Notes: a model not told the origin generated them from the sequence alone. Positions 43,783 to 55,602 are shown, numbered from the stretch's first letter. The stretch: DNA of 64,000 nucleotides from Escherichia coli 042 (GCF_000027125.1 NC_017626.1), one strand, 5' to 3'. Numbers and translations are program-made.

Positions 43783-43897
43783 AACCAGTGTCTGGTTCGC
43801 GATGGCGAGGTAGAAAAAGCATCATCTTCCTTTCAGAGTGCTCCGCTTCTCATTATTATCTCACGCAGTATTCTTAAGGAAACGATAAGGAGGAACC

Positions 43898-44698
43898 ATG
43901 AACATTACCCCGTTTCCGACGCTTTCGCCGGCAACCATAGATGCCATAAATGTTATCGGTCAGTGGCTGGCGTAGGATGATTTCTCCGGTGAGATGCCGT
44001 ATCAGGCCGATTGCGTGATCCTTGCAGGCAATGCGGTTATGCCAACTATCGATGCGGCATGCAAGATTGCCCGCGATCAGCAAATTCCTCTACTGATTAG
44101 TGGTGGTATCGGTCACTCGACAACTTTTTTGTATAGTGCCATCGCACAGCATCCGCACTACAACACTATCCGCACCACTGGCAGAGCAGAAGCTACCATC
44201 CTGGCGGATATCGCTCATCAGTACTGGCACATTCCGCATGAAAAAATCTGGATTGAAGACCAGTCAACAAACTGCGGTGAAAACGCACGCTTTAGCATCT
44301 CGCTATTGAATCAGGCCGTAGAACGAGTTCATACGGCTATCGTTGTTCAGGACCCCACAATGCAGCGGCGCACGATGGCGACGTTCCGCCGTATGACTGG
44401 GGACAATCCCGATGCACCACGCTGGTTAAGTTATCCCGGATTCGTTCCTCAGCTAGGAAACAACGCAGACAGTGTAATCTTTGTTAATCCGTTGCAAGGA
44501 TTATGGCCGGTTGAGCGTTATCTCTCACTACTCACTGGCGAGCTGCCACGTTTACGCGATGATAGCGATGGCTACGGTCCACGCGGGCGAGATTTTATCG
44601 TTCACGTTGATTTTCCGGCAGAAGTCATCCAGGCATGGCAAACGCTGAAACACGATGCGGTGCTCATCGAGGCGATGGAAAGTCGCTCGTTACGTTAA
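43898..44698 (+). pseudogene. ydcF: ydcF (DUF218 family) carrying an in-frame amber stop at codon 26
   Basis: ATG with AAGGAGG SD at 43898; TAG at 43973-43975 after ...GQWLA; frame continues ...[18 protein letters not shown]... to 44698 (266 codons total). The track ORF restarts at 43994. Confidence 0.7.
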
Positions 44699-44894
44699 AA
44701 ATTGCCCGTTTGTTAACCATTTGTTTGCAAACGGGCATGACTCCTGACGTTTATTTCTGCCTTTTATTCCTTTTACACTTGTTTTTATGAAGCCCTTCAC
44801 AGAATTGTCCTTTCACGATGCCGTCTCTATGATGATTGATGTTAATTAACAATGCATTTACCAATAACAAACATATAAATCACAGGAGTCGCCC

Positions 44895-46334
44895 ATGTCA
44901 GTACCCGTTCAACATCCTATGTATATCGATGGACAGTTTGTTACCTGGCGTGGAGACGCATGGATTGATGTGGTAAACCCTGCTACAGAGGCGGTCATTT
45001 CCCGCATTCCCGATGGTCAGGCCGAGGATGCCCGTAAGGCAATCGATGCAGCAGAACGTGCACAACCAGAATGGGAAGCGTTGCCTGCCATTGAACGCGC
45101 CAGTTGGTTGCGCAAAATCTCCGCCGGGATCCGAGAACGCGCCAGTGAAATCAGTGCGCTGATTGTTGAAGAAGGGGGCAAGATCCAGCAGCTGGCTGAA
45201 GTCGAAGTGGCTTTTACTGCGGACTATATCGATTACATGGCGGAGTGGGCACGGCGTTATGAAGGCGAGATTATTCAAAGCGATCGTCCAGGAGAAAATA
45301 TTCTTCTGTTTAAACGTGCGCTTGGCGTGACTACCGGCATTCTGCCGTGGAACTTCCCGTTCTTCCTCATTGCCCGCAAAATGGCTCCCGCTCTTTTGAC
45401 CGGTAATACCATCGTCATTAAACCCAGTGAATTTACGCCAAACAATGCGATTGCTTTTGCCAAAATTGTCGATGAAATAGGCCTTCCACGCGGTGTGTTT
45501 AACCTTGTGCTAGGGCGTGGTGAAACCGTTGGGCAAGAACTGGCGGGTAACCCAAAGGTCGCAATGGTCAGTATGACAGGCAGCGTCTCTGCAGGTGAAA
45601 AGATCATGGCGACTGCAGCAAAAAATATCACAAAAGTGTGTCTGGAATTGGGTGGTAAAGCACCAGCTATCGTAATGGACGATGCCGATCTTGAACTGGC
45701 AGTCAAAGCCATCGTTGATTCACGCGTCATTAATAGTGGGCAAGTGTGTAACTGTGCAGAACGTGTTTATGTACAGAAAGGCATTTATGATCAGTTCGTC
45801 AATCGGCTGGGTGAAGCGATGCAGGCGGTGCAATTTGGTAACCCCGCTGAACGCAACGACATTGCGATGGGGCCGTTGATTAACGCCTCGGCGCTGGAAA
45901 GGGTCGAGCAAAAAGTGGCGCGCGCAGTAGAAGAGGGGGCGAGAGTGGCGTTGGGGGGCAAGGCAGTAGAGGGGAAAGGATATTATTATCCGCCGACATT
46001 GCTGCTGGATGTTCGCCAGGAAATGTCGATTATGCACGAGGAAACCTTTGGCCCGGTGCTGCCAGTGGTCGCATTTGACACGCTGGAAGAGGCTATCGCA
46101 ATGGCTAATGACAGTGATTACGGCCTGACCTCATCAATCTATACCCAAAATTTGAACGTCGCGATGAAAGCCATTAAAGGGCTGAAGTTTGGTGAAACTT
46201 ACATTAACCGTGAAAACTTCGAAGCTATGCAAGGCTTCCACGCCGGATGGCGTAAATCCGGTATTGGCGGCGCAGATGGTAAACATGGCTTGCATGAATA
46301 CCTGCAGACCCAGGTGGTTTATTTACAGTCGTAA
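44895..46334 (+). CDS. aldA: lactaldehyde dehydrogenase (NAD-dependent aldehyde dehydrogenase)
   Basis: 479 aa ALDH family; catalytic Cys region; K-12 synteny. Confidence 0.9.
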   Translation: MSVPVQHPMYIDGQFVTWRGDAWIDVVNPATEAVISRIPDGQAEDARKAIDAAERAQPEWEALPAIERASWLRKISAGIRERASEISALIVEEGGKIQQLAEVEVAFTADYIDYMAEWARRYEGEIIQSDRPGENILLFKRALGVTTGILPWNFPFFLIARKMAPALLTGNTIVIKPSEFTPNNAIAFAKIVDEIGLPRGVFNLVLGRGETVGQELAGNPKVAMVSMTGSVSAGEKIMATAAKNITKVCLELGGKAPAIVMDDADLELAVKAIVDSRVINSGQVCNCAERVYVQKGIYDQFVNRLGEAMQAVQFGNPAERNDIAMGPLINASALERVEQKVARAVEEGARVALGGKAVEGKGYYYPPTLLLDVRQEMSIMHEETFGPVLPVVAFDTLEEAIAMANDSDYGLTSSIYTQNLNVAMKAIKGLKFGETYINRENFEAMQGFHAGWRKSGIGGADGKHGLHEYLQTQVVYLQS

Positions 46335-46375
46335 TGAGTGAAAGAGGCGGAGGTTTTTCCCTCCGCCTTTGCGCG

Positions 46376-47377
46376 TCAGAGTTTAGCGAATTTTTCGAGG
46401 GTGCGAATAAGCTGCGTGACGAAGCCATATTCGTTATCGTACCAGGCGACCGTTTTCACCAGTTGTAAATCGCCCACGGCGGTAATTTCCGTTTGCGTGG
46501 CATCAAACACCGACCCGAAATGGCTGCCAATGATATCAGAAGAGACTATTTCTTCATCGGTATAACCAAATGACTCGTTATTGTTTGTCGCCTTTTTAAG
46601 CGCGTTGTTCACCTCTTCGGCAGTCACTTTTTTTCCAAGAATAGACACCAGTTCAGTCACCGAACCTGTTTTCACGGGTACGCGTTGCGCATGACCTTTC
46701 AGTTTGCCGCTCAGTTCCGGGATCACCAGACCAATGGCTTTTGCCGCACCTGTAGTGTGGGGAATGATATTTTCTGCCGCTGCACGTGAAGCGCGTAGAT
46801 CTTTACCTCGCGGACCATCCACCAGTGACTGAGTGCCGGTATAGGCATGAATGGTCGTCATCGTGCCGACTTCTATTCCGAAACTGTCGTGCAAGGCTTT
46901 GGCCATCGGTGCAAGACAGTTAGTGGTGCATGACGCCACGGAAACAATGGTGTCGTTGCCATCCAGTGTGTCGTCATTGACGTTATAAACGATGGTTTTC
47001 ATTTCACCGGCAGGGGCGGAAATCAACACTTTCTTCGCACCAGCATCAAGATGCGCCTGCGATTTCTCGGCGGAGGTATAAAAGCCAGTACATTCGACAA
47101 TGATTTCTGCGCCTTTCGCTTTCCATGGAATATTTTTAGCCTCTTTTTCGGCGTAAACCGCGATACTTTTTCCATCAACGATAAGTGAATCTTCCGTAAA
47201 ATCAACGCGCCAGGGGAACGGACCATAGTTTGAATCATGTTTCAGCAGATAGGCGAGAATTTTTGGGGAAGTGAGATCATTAATAGCAACAATGTCTATG
47301 TTGCTTTTGACTTCAAGTAATCGACGCAACACCAGTCGACCGATACGACCAAAACCGTTAATACCAACTTTACTCAT
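46376..47377 (-). CDS. gapC: glyceraldehyde-3-phosphate dehydrogenase C, intact
   Basis: 333 aa uninterrupted ORF; N-terminal [13 protein letters not shown]-binding motif; catalytic SCTTNC. Confidence 0.85.
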   Translation of the reverse strand: MSKVGINGFGRIGRLVLRRLLEVKSNIDIVAINDLTSPKILAYLLKHDSNYGPFPWRVDFTEDSLIVDGKSIAVYAEKEAKNIPWKAKGAEIIVECTGFYTSAEKSQAHLDAGAKKVLISAPAGEMKTIVYNVNDDTLDGNDTIVSVASCTTNCLAPMAKALHDSFGIEVGTMTTIHAYTGTQSLVDGPRGKDLRASRAAAENIIPHTTGAAKAIGLVIPELSGKLKGHAQRVPVKTGSVTELVSILGKKVTAEEVNNALKKATNNNESFGYTDEEIVSSDIIGSHFGSVFDATQTEITAVGDLQLVKTVAWYDNEYGFVTQLIRTLEKFAKL

Positions 47378-47565
47378 GGTCTTCTCCTGTCAGGAACGTT
47401 CGGATGAAAATTGATCCTTTCCAGGCTTAGACCAGGATGGCGGGATGGGCAATCTACATTCTTGCCGTGAAACGTAACGTACTGAAAACGGGTGAACAAT
47501 ATTTAATGAAATTTTAAGAAAAGCTCGTTATGTTAACGGAAAATTGTTTTAAAGCAGGAAATGTT

Positions 47566-48096
47566 ATGGAAAATAAATACTCAAGGTTACAAATCAGCAT
47601 TCACTGGCTGGTCTTTTTGCTGGTTATCGCAGCGTATTGCGCAATGGAGTTTCGTGGTTTCTTCCCACGTAGCGATCGGCCGCTCATCAACATGATTCAT
47701 GTTTCCTGTGGCATCACAATTCTCGTGCTGATGGTGATTCGTCTTTTGTTAAGGCTGAAATACCCAACCCCGCCGATTATACCTAAGCCAAAACCGATGA
47801 TGACGGGACTGGCGCATTTGGGACATTTGGTGATCTATCTCCTGTTTATTGCGCTGCCAGTGATTGGTTTGGTGATGATGTATAACCGGGGCAACCCGTG
47901 GTTTGCGTTTGGTATGACGATGCCTTATGCATCAGAGGCCAATTTCGAACGGGTTGATAGCTTAAAGTCGTGGCATGAAACGCTGGCAAATCTGGGATAC
48001 TTTGTCATCGGGTTGCACGCTGCGGCTGCACTGGCACACCACTATTTCTGGAAGGACAACACACTTCTACGCATGATGCCGCGTAAACGTTCCTGA
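47566..48096 (+). CDS. cybB: cytochrome b561
   Basis: 176 aa from MENKYSRLQISIHW; four TM helices with conserved His; AGGAA SD. Confidence 0.85.
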   Translation: MENKYSRLQISIHWLVFLLVIAAYCAMEFRGFFPRSDRPLINMIHVSCGITILVLMVIRLLLRLKYPTPPIIPKPKPMMTGLAHLGHLVIYLLFIALPVIGLVMMYNRGNPWFAFGMTMPYASEANFERVDSLKSWHETLANLGYFVIGLHAAAALAHHYFWKDNTLLRMMPRKRS

Positions 48097-48106
48097 AGGA
48101 TATTTA

Positions 48107-48170
48107 AAGAAAACGCCTGTACTAAAACCGACCCGTGGTACAGGCGAAGAATACGGGTCTACATCGGAAG
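48107..48170 (-). ncRNA. rydC: RydC small RNA
   Basis: Minus-strand sequence CTTCCGATGTAGACCCGTATTCTTCGCCTGTACCACGGGTCGGTTTTAGTACAGGCGTTTTCTT matches the recalled RydC; immediately downstream of cybB. Confidence 0.7.
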
Positions 48171-48340
48171 CGCCTATTATATTTATTTGTGTGACAAATA
48201 AAACCATAATCCTGGTCCATACGTCCATCTGGCTTATCTTTAATCAATTCACCCGATCTTTGATCTCATCAACGGTATCAAAATAAACCAGCGTATAACG
48301 TTCAAATCGAACATAAGATTCGATAAACCATGGAGGTTAT

Positions 48341-48514
48341 ATGAAAAAACTGGCACTCATCTTTGTTATAGGAGCGCTTGTTTCCTTTTATGCCGATGCC
48401 GGGCGCAAACCCTGTTCTGGTTCGAAAGGGGGGATCTCACACTGTACGGCAGGCGGCAAATTTGTCTGTAATGATGGTTCTATTAGTGCATCGAAAAAAA
48501 CATGCACTAACTGA
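48341..48514 (+). CDS. ydcA: small secreted Cys-rich protein YdcA
   Basis: 57 aa with signal peptide; GGAGG SD 4 nt upstream; below the ORF-track size cut-off, found by hand. Confidence 0.7.
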   Translation: MKKLALIFVIGALVSFYADAGRKPCSGSKGGISHCTAGGKFVCNDGSISASKKTCTN

Positions 48515-48586
48515 AGCGTAAAAAGGGGTGCCATGAGAAAATGAATCTGCTAGTCAGATGCGCGGGGAAAATCCCCGCGCTTGCCC

Positions 48587-48736
<150 letters not shown>

Positions 48737-49134
48737 AGCCTTTCTCCTTGCCGGATGGCGGGTAAGAGGCTAAGATCTGAATTGCTAGGTTCATTCGTTG
48801 GCCTCGGTTGATAGAAATATCGGTCGGGGCCTTCGTCTTTCTGATTCCCGGTTAGCCTGAAAACAGAAAGTCTCAGGCACCCGTGAGCATCCTATGTGGT
48901 TTCCTTAGGGACGAAAATAATCACCTGACGAAATTGCGTGCTGTTTTCCAGAATTTTTCGTCATTCGGTTTAGCCAGTTTAATCATTCGTTACTCTCTTC
49001 ATTCCAATGGCATTATTCTTCTCTGCCATAATTGTTGTAAAAATGTGACGCAAAGAGGTTTTTGGTCGTAAGAAATTACCGTCAAGTGCCGATGACTTTC
49101 TATCAGGAGTAAACCTGGAAGAGAGTCAACGGTA

Positions 49135-50775
49135 ATGAATACAACTCCCTCACAGCGATTAGGTTTTTTGCATCACATCAGGCTGGTTCCGTTATTTGCC
49201 TGCATTCTTGGCGGTATCTTAGTTCTATTCGCATTAAGTTCAGCTCTGGCTGGCTATTTCCTCTGGCAGGCCGATCGCGATCAGCGTGATGTTACTGCGG
49301 AGATTGAGATTCGGACCGGGTTAGCGAACAGTTCAGATTTTTTGCGTTCAGCCCGGATCAATATGATTCAGGCCGGTGCTGCGAGTCGTATTGCGGAAAT
49401 GGAAGCAATGAAGCGAAATATTGCGCAAGCCGAATCGGAGATTAAACAGTCGCAGCAAGGTTATCGTGCTTATCAGAATCGGTCGGTGAAAACACCTGCT
49501 GATGAAGCCCTCGACACTGAATTAAATCAACGCTTCCAGGCTTATATCACGGGTATGCAACCGATGTTGAAATATGCCAAAAATGGCATGTTTGAAGCGA
49601 TTATCAATCATGAAAGTGAGCAGATCCGACCGCTGGATAATGCTTATACCGATATTTTGAGCAAAGCCGTTAAGATACGTAGCACCAGAGCCAACCAACT
49701 GGCGGAACTGGCCCATCAGCGCACCCGCCTGGGTGGGATGTTCATGATTGGCGCGTTTGTGCTTGCCCTGGTCATGACGCTGATAACATTTATGGTGCTA
49801 CGTCGGATCGTCATTCGTCCATTGCAACATGCCGCACAACGGATTGAAAAAATCGCCAGTGGCGATCTGACGATGAATGATGATCCGGCAGGTCGTAATG
49901 AAATCGGTCGCTTAAGTCGTCATTTACAGCAAATGCAGCATTCACTGGGGATGACAGTAGGGACCGTTCGACAGGGCGCGGAAGAGATTTATCGTGGCAC
50001 CAGCGAAATTTCCGCTGGCAATGCGGACCTTTCATCTCGCACCGAAGAACAAGCGGCGGCAATTGAACAAACTGCCGCCAGCATGGAGCAACTCACTGCG
50101 ACGGTGAAACAGAATACAGATAACGCGCATCATGCCAGCAAACTGGCGCAGGAGGCTTCTATTAAAGCCAGCGATGGCGGGCAGACGGTTTCCGGTGTAG
50201 TAAAAACGATGGGCGCTATCTCCACGAGTTCGAAGAAAATTTCCGAGATCACCGCCGTCATCAACAGTATTGCTTTCCAGACGAATATTCTGGCACTGAA
50301 TGCTGCCGTTGAAGCCGCGCGAGCGGGTGAGCAAGGGCGTGGATTTGCCGTTGTCGCCAGCGAAGTACGGACACTCGCAAGCCGCAGCGCCCAGGCGGCG
50401 AAAGAGATTGAAGGCTTGATCAGTGAATCAGTCAGGTTAATTGACCTGGGGTCGGATGAGGTAGCAACGGCAGGGAAAACCATGAGCACTATTGTTGATG
50501 CCGTCGCGAGTGTCACACATATCATGCAGGAAATCGCCGCCGCCTCGGATGAACAAAGCAGAGGCATAACACAGGTTAGCCAGGCGATTTCTGAAATGGA
50601 TAAGGTGACGCAACAGAATGCTTCTCTGGTAGAAGAGGCCTCAGCGGCGGCGGTGTCCCTTGAAGAACAGGCGGCACGATTAACTGAGGCGGTGGACGTA
50701 TTCCGTCTGAACAAACATTCTGTGTCGGCCGAACCTCGCGGAGCGGGTGAACCAGTTAGATTCGCTACGGTGTGA
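49135..50775 (+). CDS. trg: methyl-accepting chemotaxis protein III (ribose/galactose sensor)
   Basis: 546 aa; two TMs, HAMP, conserved MCP signalling domain. Confidence 0.9.
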   Translation: MNTTPSQRLGFLHHIRLVPLFACILGGILVLFALSSALAGYFLWQADRDQRDVTAEIEIRTGLANSSDFLRSARINMIQAGAASRIAEMEAMKRNIAQAESEIKQSQQGYRAYQNRSVKTPADEALDTELNQRFQAYITGMQPMLKYAKNGMFEAIINHESEQIRPLDNAYTDILSKAVKIRSTRANQLAELAHQRTRLGGMFMIGAFVLALVMTLITFMVLRRIVIRPLQHAAQRIEKIASGDLTMNDDPAGRNEIGRLSRHLQQMQHSLGMTVGTVRQGAEEIYRGTSEISAGNADLSSRTEEQAAAIEQTAASMEQLTATVKQNTDNAHHASKLAQEASIKASDGGQTVSGVVKTMGAISTSSKKISEITAVINSIAFQTNILALNAAVEAARAGEQGRGFAVVASEVRTLASRSAQAAKEIEGLISESVRLIDLGSDEVATAGKTMSTIVDAVASVTHIMQEIAAASDEQSRGITQVSQAISEMDKVTQQNASLVEEASAAAVSLEEQAARLTEAVDVFRLNKHSVSAEPRGAGEPVRFATV

Positions 50776-50812
50776 AAATGTTAAAGGAGGGATCGACAGA
50801 TCCCTTCACCTT

Positions 50813-51736
50813 TCAGAACGGCATTGATTTTCGAATAGCGTTAATCATCAACTGGCAACCAGAAGAGAACGTCGCATCTACGCGGGTCAGTATTCCAATC
50901 GGTTCGCCTGCACCATGACCCGGAACAGGCAGGGCCACCAGCGTGGCATGACGCAGGTCGTCTTTTACAGCGCCAGAAGGGACAAACCACACGTAGTCGT
51001 ATTCAACCGTAAGTTGACGAGATAGCGAAGCAGACAGTGTTTCGATACAGCCCGAAGGAATTTTACAGCCCTGGCTCTGCACTAATGCATCTGAATGCTG
51101 GCGTGGCGCAGTGCCTTCTGGTGATACAACAACCGGCCATTCCAGCACCCGGCTTAGCGTTACGTTCTCCTGAAGTAGCGGGTGATTAGGGCGGACAACC
51201 AGCTTCAGCGATTCAAGAAACAGCAGTTCGTAATTAAGCCCGGTCATCAGTTCAGGATCTGACATCCGACCAATGCCGATATCGATTTCCCCGGTTTTTA
51301 AACCTGCCAGAATCATAGGGTTACTCATTGTCGCAACTTGCAAGGTCGTCTCTTTTTGTTGCTGATGAAACTGACCTATAACCGAAGGTAATATCCCCAG
51401 TGCCGCAGTAGGTAGTGCACCAACCCTGACGACATCATTATTAAGACCTTCTTTACGATGAAGCGACTGTCCGGCAGTGTTGATGGCGTCAAGAACTCTG
51501 ACTGCATGCGTTAAAAATTGTTCGCCGGGTAAGGTAAGTTGCGCCCCCTGACGACCACGCTCAAACAAGCGAGCGCCCGTCAGTTGCTCCAGTTCATTCA
51601 ATGTCTTAGAGAGCGCAGGTTGACTCAAATTAAGGGTTTCAGCCGCGCGCCCCAAAGTTCCTTGTTGTGCGACAGCTACGAATGTATGAAGGTGGCGCAA
51701 ACGGATGCGCTGACTAAACAGACTATTTTTTTCCAT
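50813..51736 (-). CDS. ydcI: LysR-family transcriptional regulator
   Basis: 307 aa from MEKNSLFSQRIRLRHLHTF; N-terminal HTH; longest frame extends to 51805. Confidence 0.8.
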   Translation of the reverse strand: MEKNSLFSQRIRLRHLHTFVAVAQQGTLGRAAETLNLSQPALSKTLNELEQLTGARLFERGRQGAQLTLPGEQFLTHAVRVLDAINTAGQSLHRKEGLNNDVVRVGALPTAALGILPSVIGQFHQQQKETTLQVATMSNPMILAGLKTGEIDIGIGRMSDPELMTGLNYELLFLESLKLVVRPNHPLLQENVTLSRVLEWPVVVSPEGTAPRQHSDALVQSQGCKIPSGCIETLSASLSRQLTVEYDYVWFVPSGAVKDDLRHATLVALPVPGHGAGEPIGILTRVDATFSSGCQLMINAIRKSMPF

Positions 51737-51952
51737 AAGCGATGTTAAAAACGAAGCGGTGTCGCTGACAAGTGAAGTTGTTTGATTATGATAACTTGAT
51801 TGCAAAATATTATTAACAATTAAAGCAATTGTATTACATCAAAATGGGTAATATTAATGTTTTCGCGGCGAGATCACAGTTTGCAAATTCTTCCCGCCAG
51901 AGTGAATGCGGTTACCTACACTCCAGATTACTGACCACTGGAGGCAGACATT

Positions 51953-53296
51953 ATGGCGAACAGCATCACGGCGGATGAGATTCGGGAACAGTTTTCGCAG
52001 GCAATGTCAGCCATGTACCAGCAAGAAGTTCCGCAGTACGGCACGCTGCTGGAACTGGTAGCTGATGTGAATCTGGCTGTGCTGGAAAACAATCCTCAAC
52101 TGCACGAAAAAATGGTAAATGCAGACGAGCTGGCGCGACTGAATGTTGAACGTCATGGGGCGATTCGCGTTGGGACTGCACAAGAGCTTGCTACTCTTCG
52201 GCGGATGTTTGCCATTATGGGGATGTACCCGGTGAGCTATTACGATCTCTCGCAGGCGGGCGTGCCGGTACATTCCACAGCATTTCGGCCCATTGATGAT
52301 GCTTCTCTGGCGCGTAATCCCTTCCGCGTTTTTACCTCCTTACTCCGCCTTGAGCTTATCGAGAACGAAATTTTGCGCCAGAAAGCGGCGGAGATTCTGC
52401 GTCAGCGCGATATCTTCACCCCACGTTGTCGACAACTGTTAGAGGAATATGAGCAGCAGGGCGGTTTTAACGAAACACAGGCACAGGAGTTTGTGCAGGA
52501 AGCCCTGGAAACGTTTCGCTGGCACCAGTCAGCGACGGTGGATGAAGTAACCTATTGCGCCTTGCATAACGAACATCGGCTGATTGCTGATGTGGTCTGT
52601 TTTCCTGGATGCCATATCAACCACCTGACGCCACGCACGCTGGATATTGACCGGGTGCAGTCGATGATGCCTGAATGCGGAATTGAACCCAAAATTCTGA
52701 TCGAAGGGCCGCCGCGCCGCGAGGTACCGATTTTACTACGCCAGACCAGTTTTAAAGCACTGGAAGAGACGGTGTTGTTTGCAGGGCAGAAACAGGGCAC
52801 GCATACCGCGCGCTTTGGTGAAATAGAGCAGCGTGGCGTGGCATTAACGCCGAAAGGACGACAACTGTATGATGATCTACTGCGGAACGCTGGAACCGGG
52901 CAGGATAATCTCACTCACCAAATGCATTTACAGGAAACCTTCCGCACTTTTCCTGACAGTGAGTTTTTAATGCGTCAGCAAGGGTTGGCATGGTTCCGGT
53001 ACCGTCTGACGCCTTCAGGTGAGGCGCATCGTCAGGCGATTCATTCCGGAGACGATCCACAGCCCTTAATTGAACGTGGTTGGGTAGTGGCGCAACCCAT
53101 TACCTATGAAGATTTCTTGCCCGTTAGCGCGGCGGGGATCTTCCAGTCAAATCTGGGTAATGAAACGCAGGCACGCAGTCACGGTAATGCCAGTCGCGAA
53201 ACATTTGAGCAGGCGTTGGGCTGCCCGGTTTTGGATGAGTTCCAGCTTTATCAGGAAGCGGAAGAACGCAGTAAACGTCGCTGTGGTTTGCTTTAA
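51953..53296 (+). CDS. ydcJ: DUF1338-family protein YdcJ
   Basis: 447 aa; K-12 synteny between ydcI and opgD. Confidence 0.75.
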   Translation: MANSITADEIREQFSQAMSAMYQQEVPQYGTLLELVADVNLAVLENNPQLHEKMVNADELARLNVERHGAIRVGTAQELATLRRMFAIMGMYPVSYYDLSQAGVPVHSTAFRPIDDASLARNPFRVFTSLLRLELIENEILRQKAAEILRQRDIFTPRCRQLLEEYEQQGGFNETQAQEFVQEALETFRWHQSATVDEVTYCALHNEHRLIADVVCFPGCHINHLTPRTLDIDRVQSMMPECGIEPKILIEGPPRREVPILLRQTSFKALEETVLFAGQKQGTHTARFGEIEQRGVALTPKGRQLYDDLLRNAGTGQDNLTHQMHLQETFRTFPDSEFLMRQQGLAWFRYRLTPSGEAHRQAIHSGDDPQPLIERGWVVAQPITYEDFLPVSAAGIFQSNLGNETQARSHGNASRETFEQALGCPVLDEFQLYQEAEERSKRRCGLL

Positions 53297-53520
53297 ATTC
53301 TGACCATCCGCCTTTGCAAAAATTTGCCTGATTTTACAAACGAATCAGGCTCATCCCATCGACATAAAAAAATTGCCGATTAATGCATATTCTCTCAGTT
53401 CAACAATTGGATTATTAATAAATATTGTCTAGAGTGAGCGGTCATAAATAAGCACTTTCTTGCCGCTGAAAACGACCAGCGCGGGACCATTCACAACACC
53501 AGAAGGACTCACTTTCAGGT

Positions 53521-55176
53521 ATGGATCGTAGACGATTTATTAAAGGTTCAATGGCTATGGCCGCCGTGTGCGGTACCAGCGGCATTGCTTCTCTTTTTTC
53601 TCAGGCGGCATTCGCGGCAGATTCTGATATTGCCGACGGGCAAACCCAGCGTTTTGACTTCTCCATTCTACAGTCAATGGCGCACGACCTAGCGCAAACA
53701 GCGTGGCGTGGTGCGCCGCGTCCGTTACCTGACACTCTGGCGACAATGACGCCGCAGGCTTATAACAGTATTCAATACGACGCCGAAAAATCGCTCTGGC
53801 ATAACGTTGAGAACCGTCAACTGGACGCTCAGTTCTTCCATATGGGAATGGGTTTCCGTCGCCGCGTTCGTATGTTTTCTGTTGATCCCGCAACACATCT
53901 GGCGCGTGAAATTCACTTTCGCCCGGAGTTGTTCAAATACAACGATGCGGGTGTTGATACCAAACAATTAGAAGGGCAAAGCGATCTCGGCTTTGCCGGT
54001 TTTCGCGTGTTTAAAGCCCCCGAACTGGCGCGTCGTGATGTAGTATCATTCCTCGGTGCGAGTTATTTCCGCGCCGTTGATGACACATATCAATATGGTT
54101 TGTCGGCTCGCGGCCTGGCGATCGACACTTACACCGACAGTAAAGAAGAGTTCCCCGACTTTACCGCCTTCTGGTTTGATACGGTAAAACCGGGGGCAAC
54201 TACCTTTACCGTTTATGCGTTGCTCGATAGCGCCAGTATTACTGGTGCCTATAAGTTCACTATCCATTGTGAGAAAAGTCAGGTGATTATGGATGTGGAA
54301 AATCACCTGTATGCGCGCAAAGACATTAAACAGCTGGGCATTGCGCCGATGACCAGCATGTTCAGCTGCGGCACTAATGAACGTCGGATGTGCGACACCA
54401 TTCATCCGCAAATCCATGACTCTGATCGTCTGTCCATGTGGCGGGGCAACGGCGAGTGGATTTGCCGTCCGCTGAATAATCCGCAAAAATTGCAGTTCAA
54501 TGCTTACACCGACAACAACCCGAAAGGGTTTGGTTTATTGCAACTGGATCGTGATTTCTCCCATTATCAGGACATTATGGGCTGGTATAACAAACGCCCA
54601 AGTCTGTGGGTGGAACCGCGTAACAAGTGGGGTAAGGGCACCATCGGCCTGATGGAAATCCCAACAACGGGCGAAACGCTGGATAACATTGTCTGCTTCT
54701 GGCAGCCAGAAAAAGCTGTAAAAGCGGGTGATGAGTTTGCATTCCAGTATCGTCTGTACTGGAGTGCGCAACCGCCTGTTCATTGCCCATTAGCGCGCGT
54801 TATGGCGACGCGTACCGGCATGGGCGGTTTCCCGGAAGGTTGGGCGCCAGGTGAACACTATCCCGAAAAGTGGGCGCGTCGTTTTGCCGTCGATTTCGTT
54901 GGTGGTGATCTGAAAGCTGCCGCACCAAAAGGCATTGAGCCGGTGATTACGCTTTCCAGTGGGGAAGCGAAGCAAATCGAAATTCTCTATATTGAACCCA
55001 TTGAAGGTTATCGTATTCAGTTTGACTGGTATCCGACTTCGGACTCCACTGATCCGGTCGATATGCGGATGTATCTGCGTTGTCAGGGCGACGCTATCAG
55101 TGAAACATGGCTGTATCAGTATTTCCCACCAGCGCCGGATAAACGTCAGTATGTTGACGACCGCGTGATGAGTTAG
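53521..55176 (+). CDS. opgD: glucans biosynthesis protein D (periplasmic, Tat-exported)
   Basis: 551 aa; twin-arginine signal [10 protein letters not shown]...AFA. Confidence 0.85.
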   Translation: MDRRRFIKGSMAMAAVCGTSGIASLFSQAAFAADSDIADGQTQRFDFSILQSMAHDLAQTAWRGAPRPLPDTLATMTPQAYNSIQYDAEKSLWHNVENRQLDAQFFHMGMGFRRRVRMFSVDPATHLAREIHFRPELFKYNDAGVDTKQLEGQSDLGFAGFRVFKAPELARRDVVSFLGASYFRAVDDTYQYGLSARGLAIDTYTDSKEEFPDFTAFWFDTVKPGATTFTVYALLDSASITGAYKFTIHCEKSQVIMDVENHLYARKDIKQLGIAPMTSMFSCGTNERRMCDTIHPQIHDSDRLSMWRGNGEWICRPLNNPQKLQFNAYTDNNPKGFGLLQLDRDFSHYQDIMGWYNKRPSLWVEPRNKWGKGTIGLMEIPTTGETLDNIVCFWQPEKAVKAGDEFAFQYRLYWSAQPPVHCPLARVMATRTGMGGFPEGWAPGEHYPEKWARRFAVDFVGGDLKAAAPKGIEPVITLSSGEAKQIEILYIEPIEGYRIQFDWYPTSDSTDPVDMRMYLRCQGDAISETWLYQYFPPAPDKRQYVDDRVMS

Positions 55177-55315
55177 TCGTTTTTTCTTCGGCACCTTCTT
55201 CGGGAGGTGCCGTCTGGTTAAACACGATCCCGCTCGCATTTTTCCCTAAGTTAAATGAGTAATCTGATGGTGTGTATTTCAGATACACCTTGTCAGCCAC
55301 TAACAGGGAGTGCGT

Positions 55316-55540
55316 ATGTTTCCAGAATACCGAGATTTAATATCCCGTCTGAAAAACGAAAATCCTCGCTTTATGTCCTTGTTCGATAAACACAATAAAC
55401 TTGATCATGAAATTGCCAGAAAGGAAGGTTCCGACGGTCGAGGGTACAATGCGGAAGTGGTCCGCATGAAAAAACAAAAGCTACAGTTAAAAGATGAGAT
55501 GCTCAAAATCCTGCAGCAGGAGAGCGTCAAAGAGGTGTAA
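55316..55540 (+). CDS. ydcH: DUF465-family small protein YdcH
   Basis: 74 aa from MFPEYRDLISRLK with GGGAG SD. Confidence 0.65.
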   Translation: MFPEYRDLISRLKNENPRFMSLFDKHNKLDHEIARKEGSDGRGYNAEVVRMKKQKLQLKDEMLKILQQESVKEV

Positions 55541-55602
55541 ACTTTCCTAAGCCGCCAGCCAGGCGGCTTTTTTAACAACTGCATGGAGTGACTGGAGATA
55601 AG

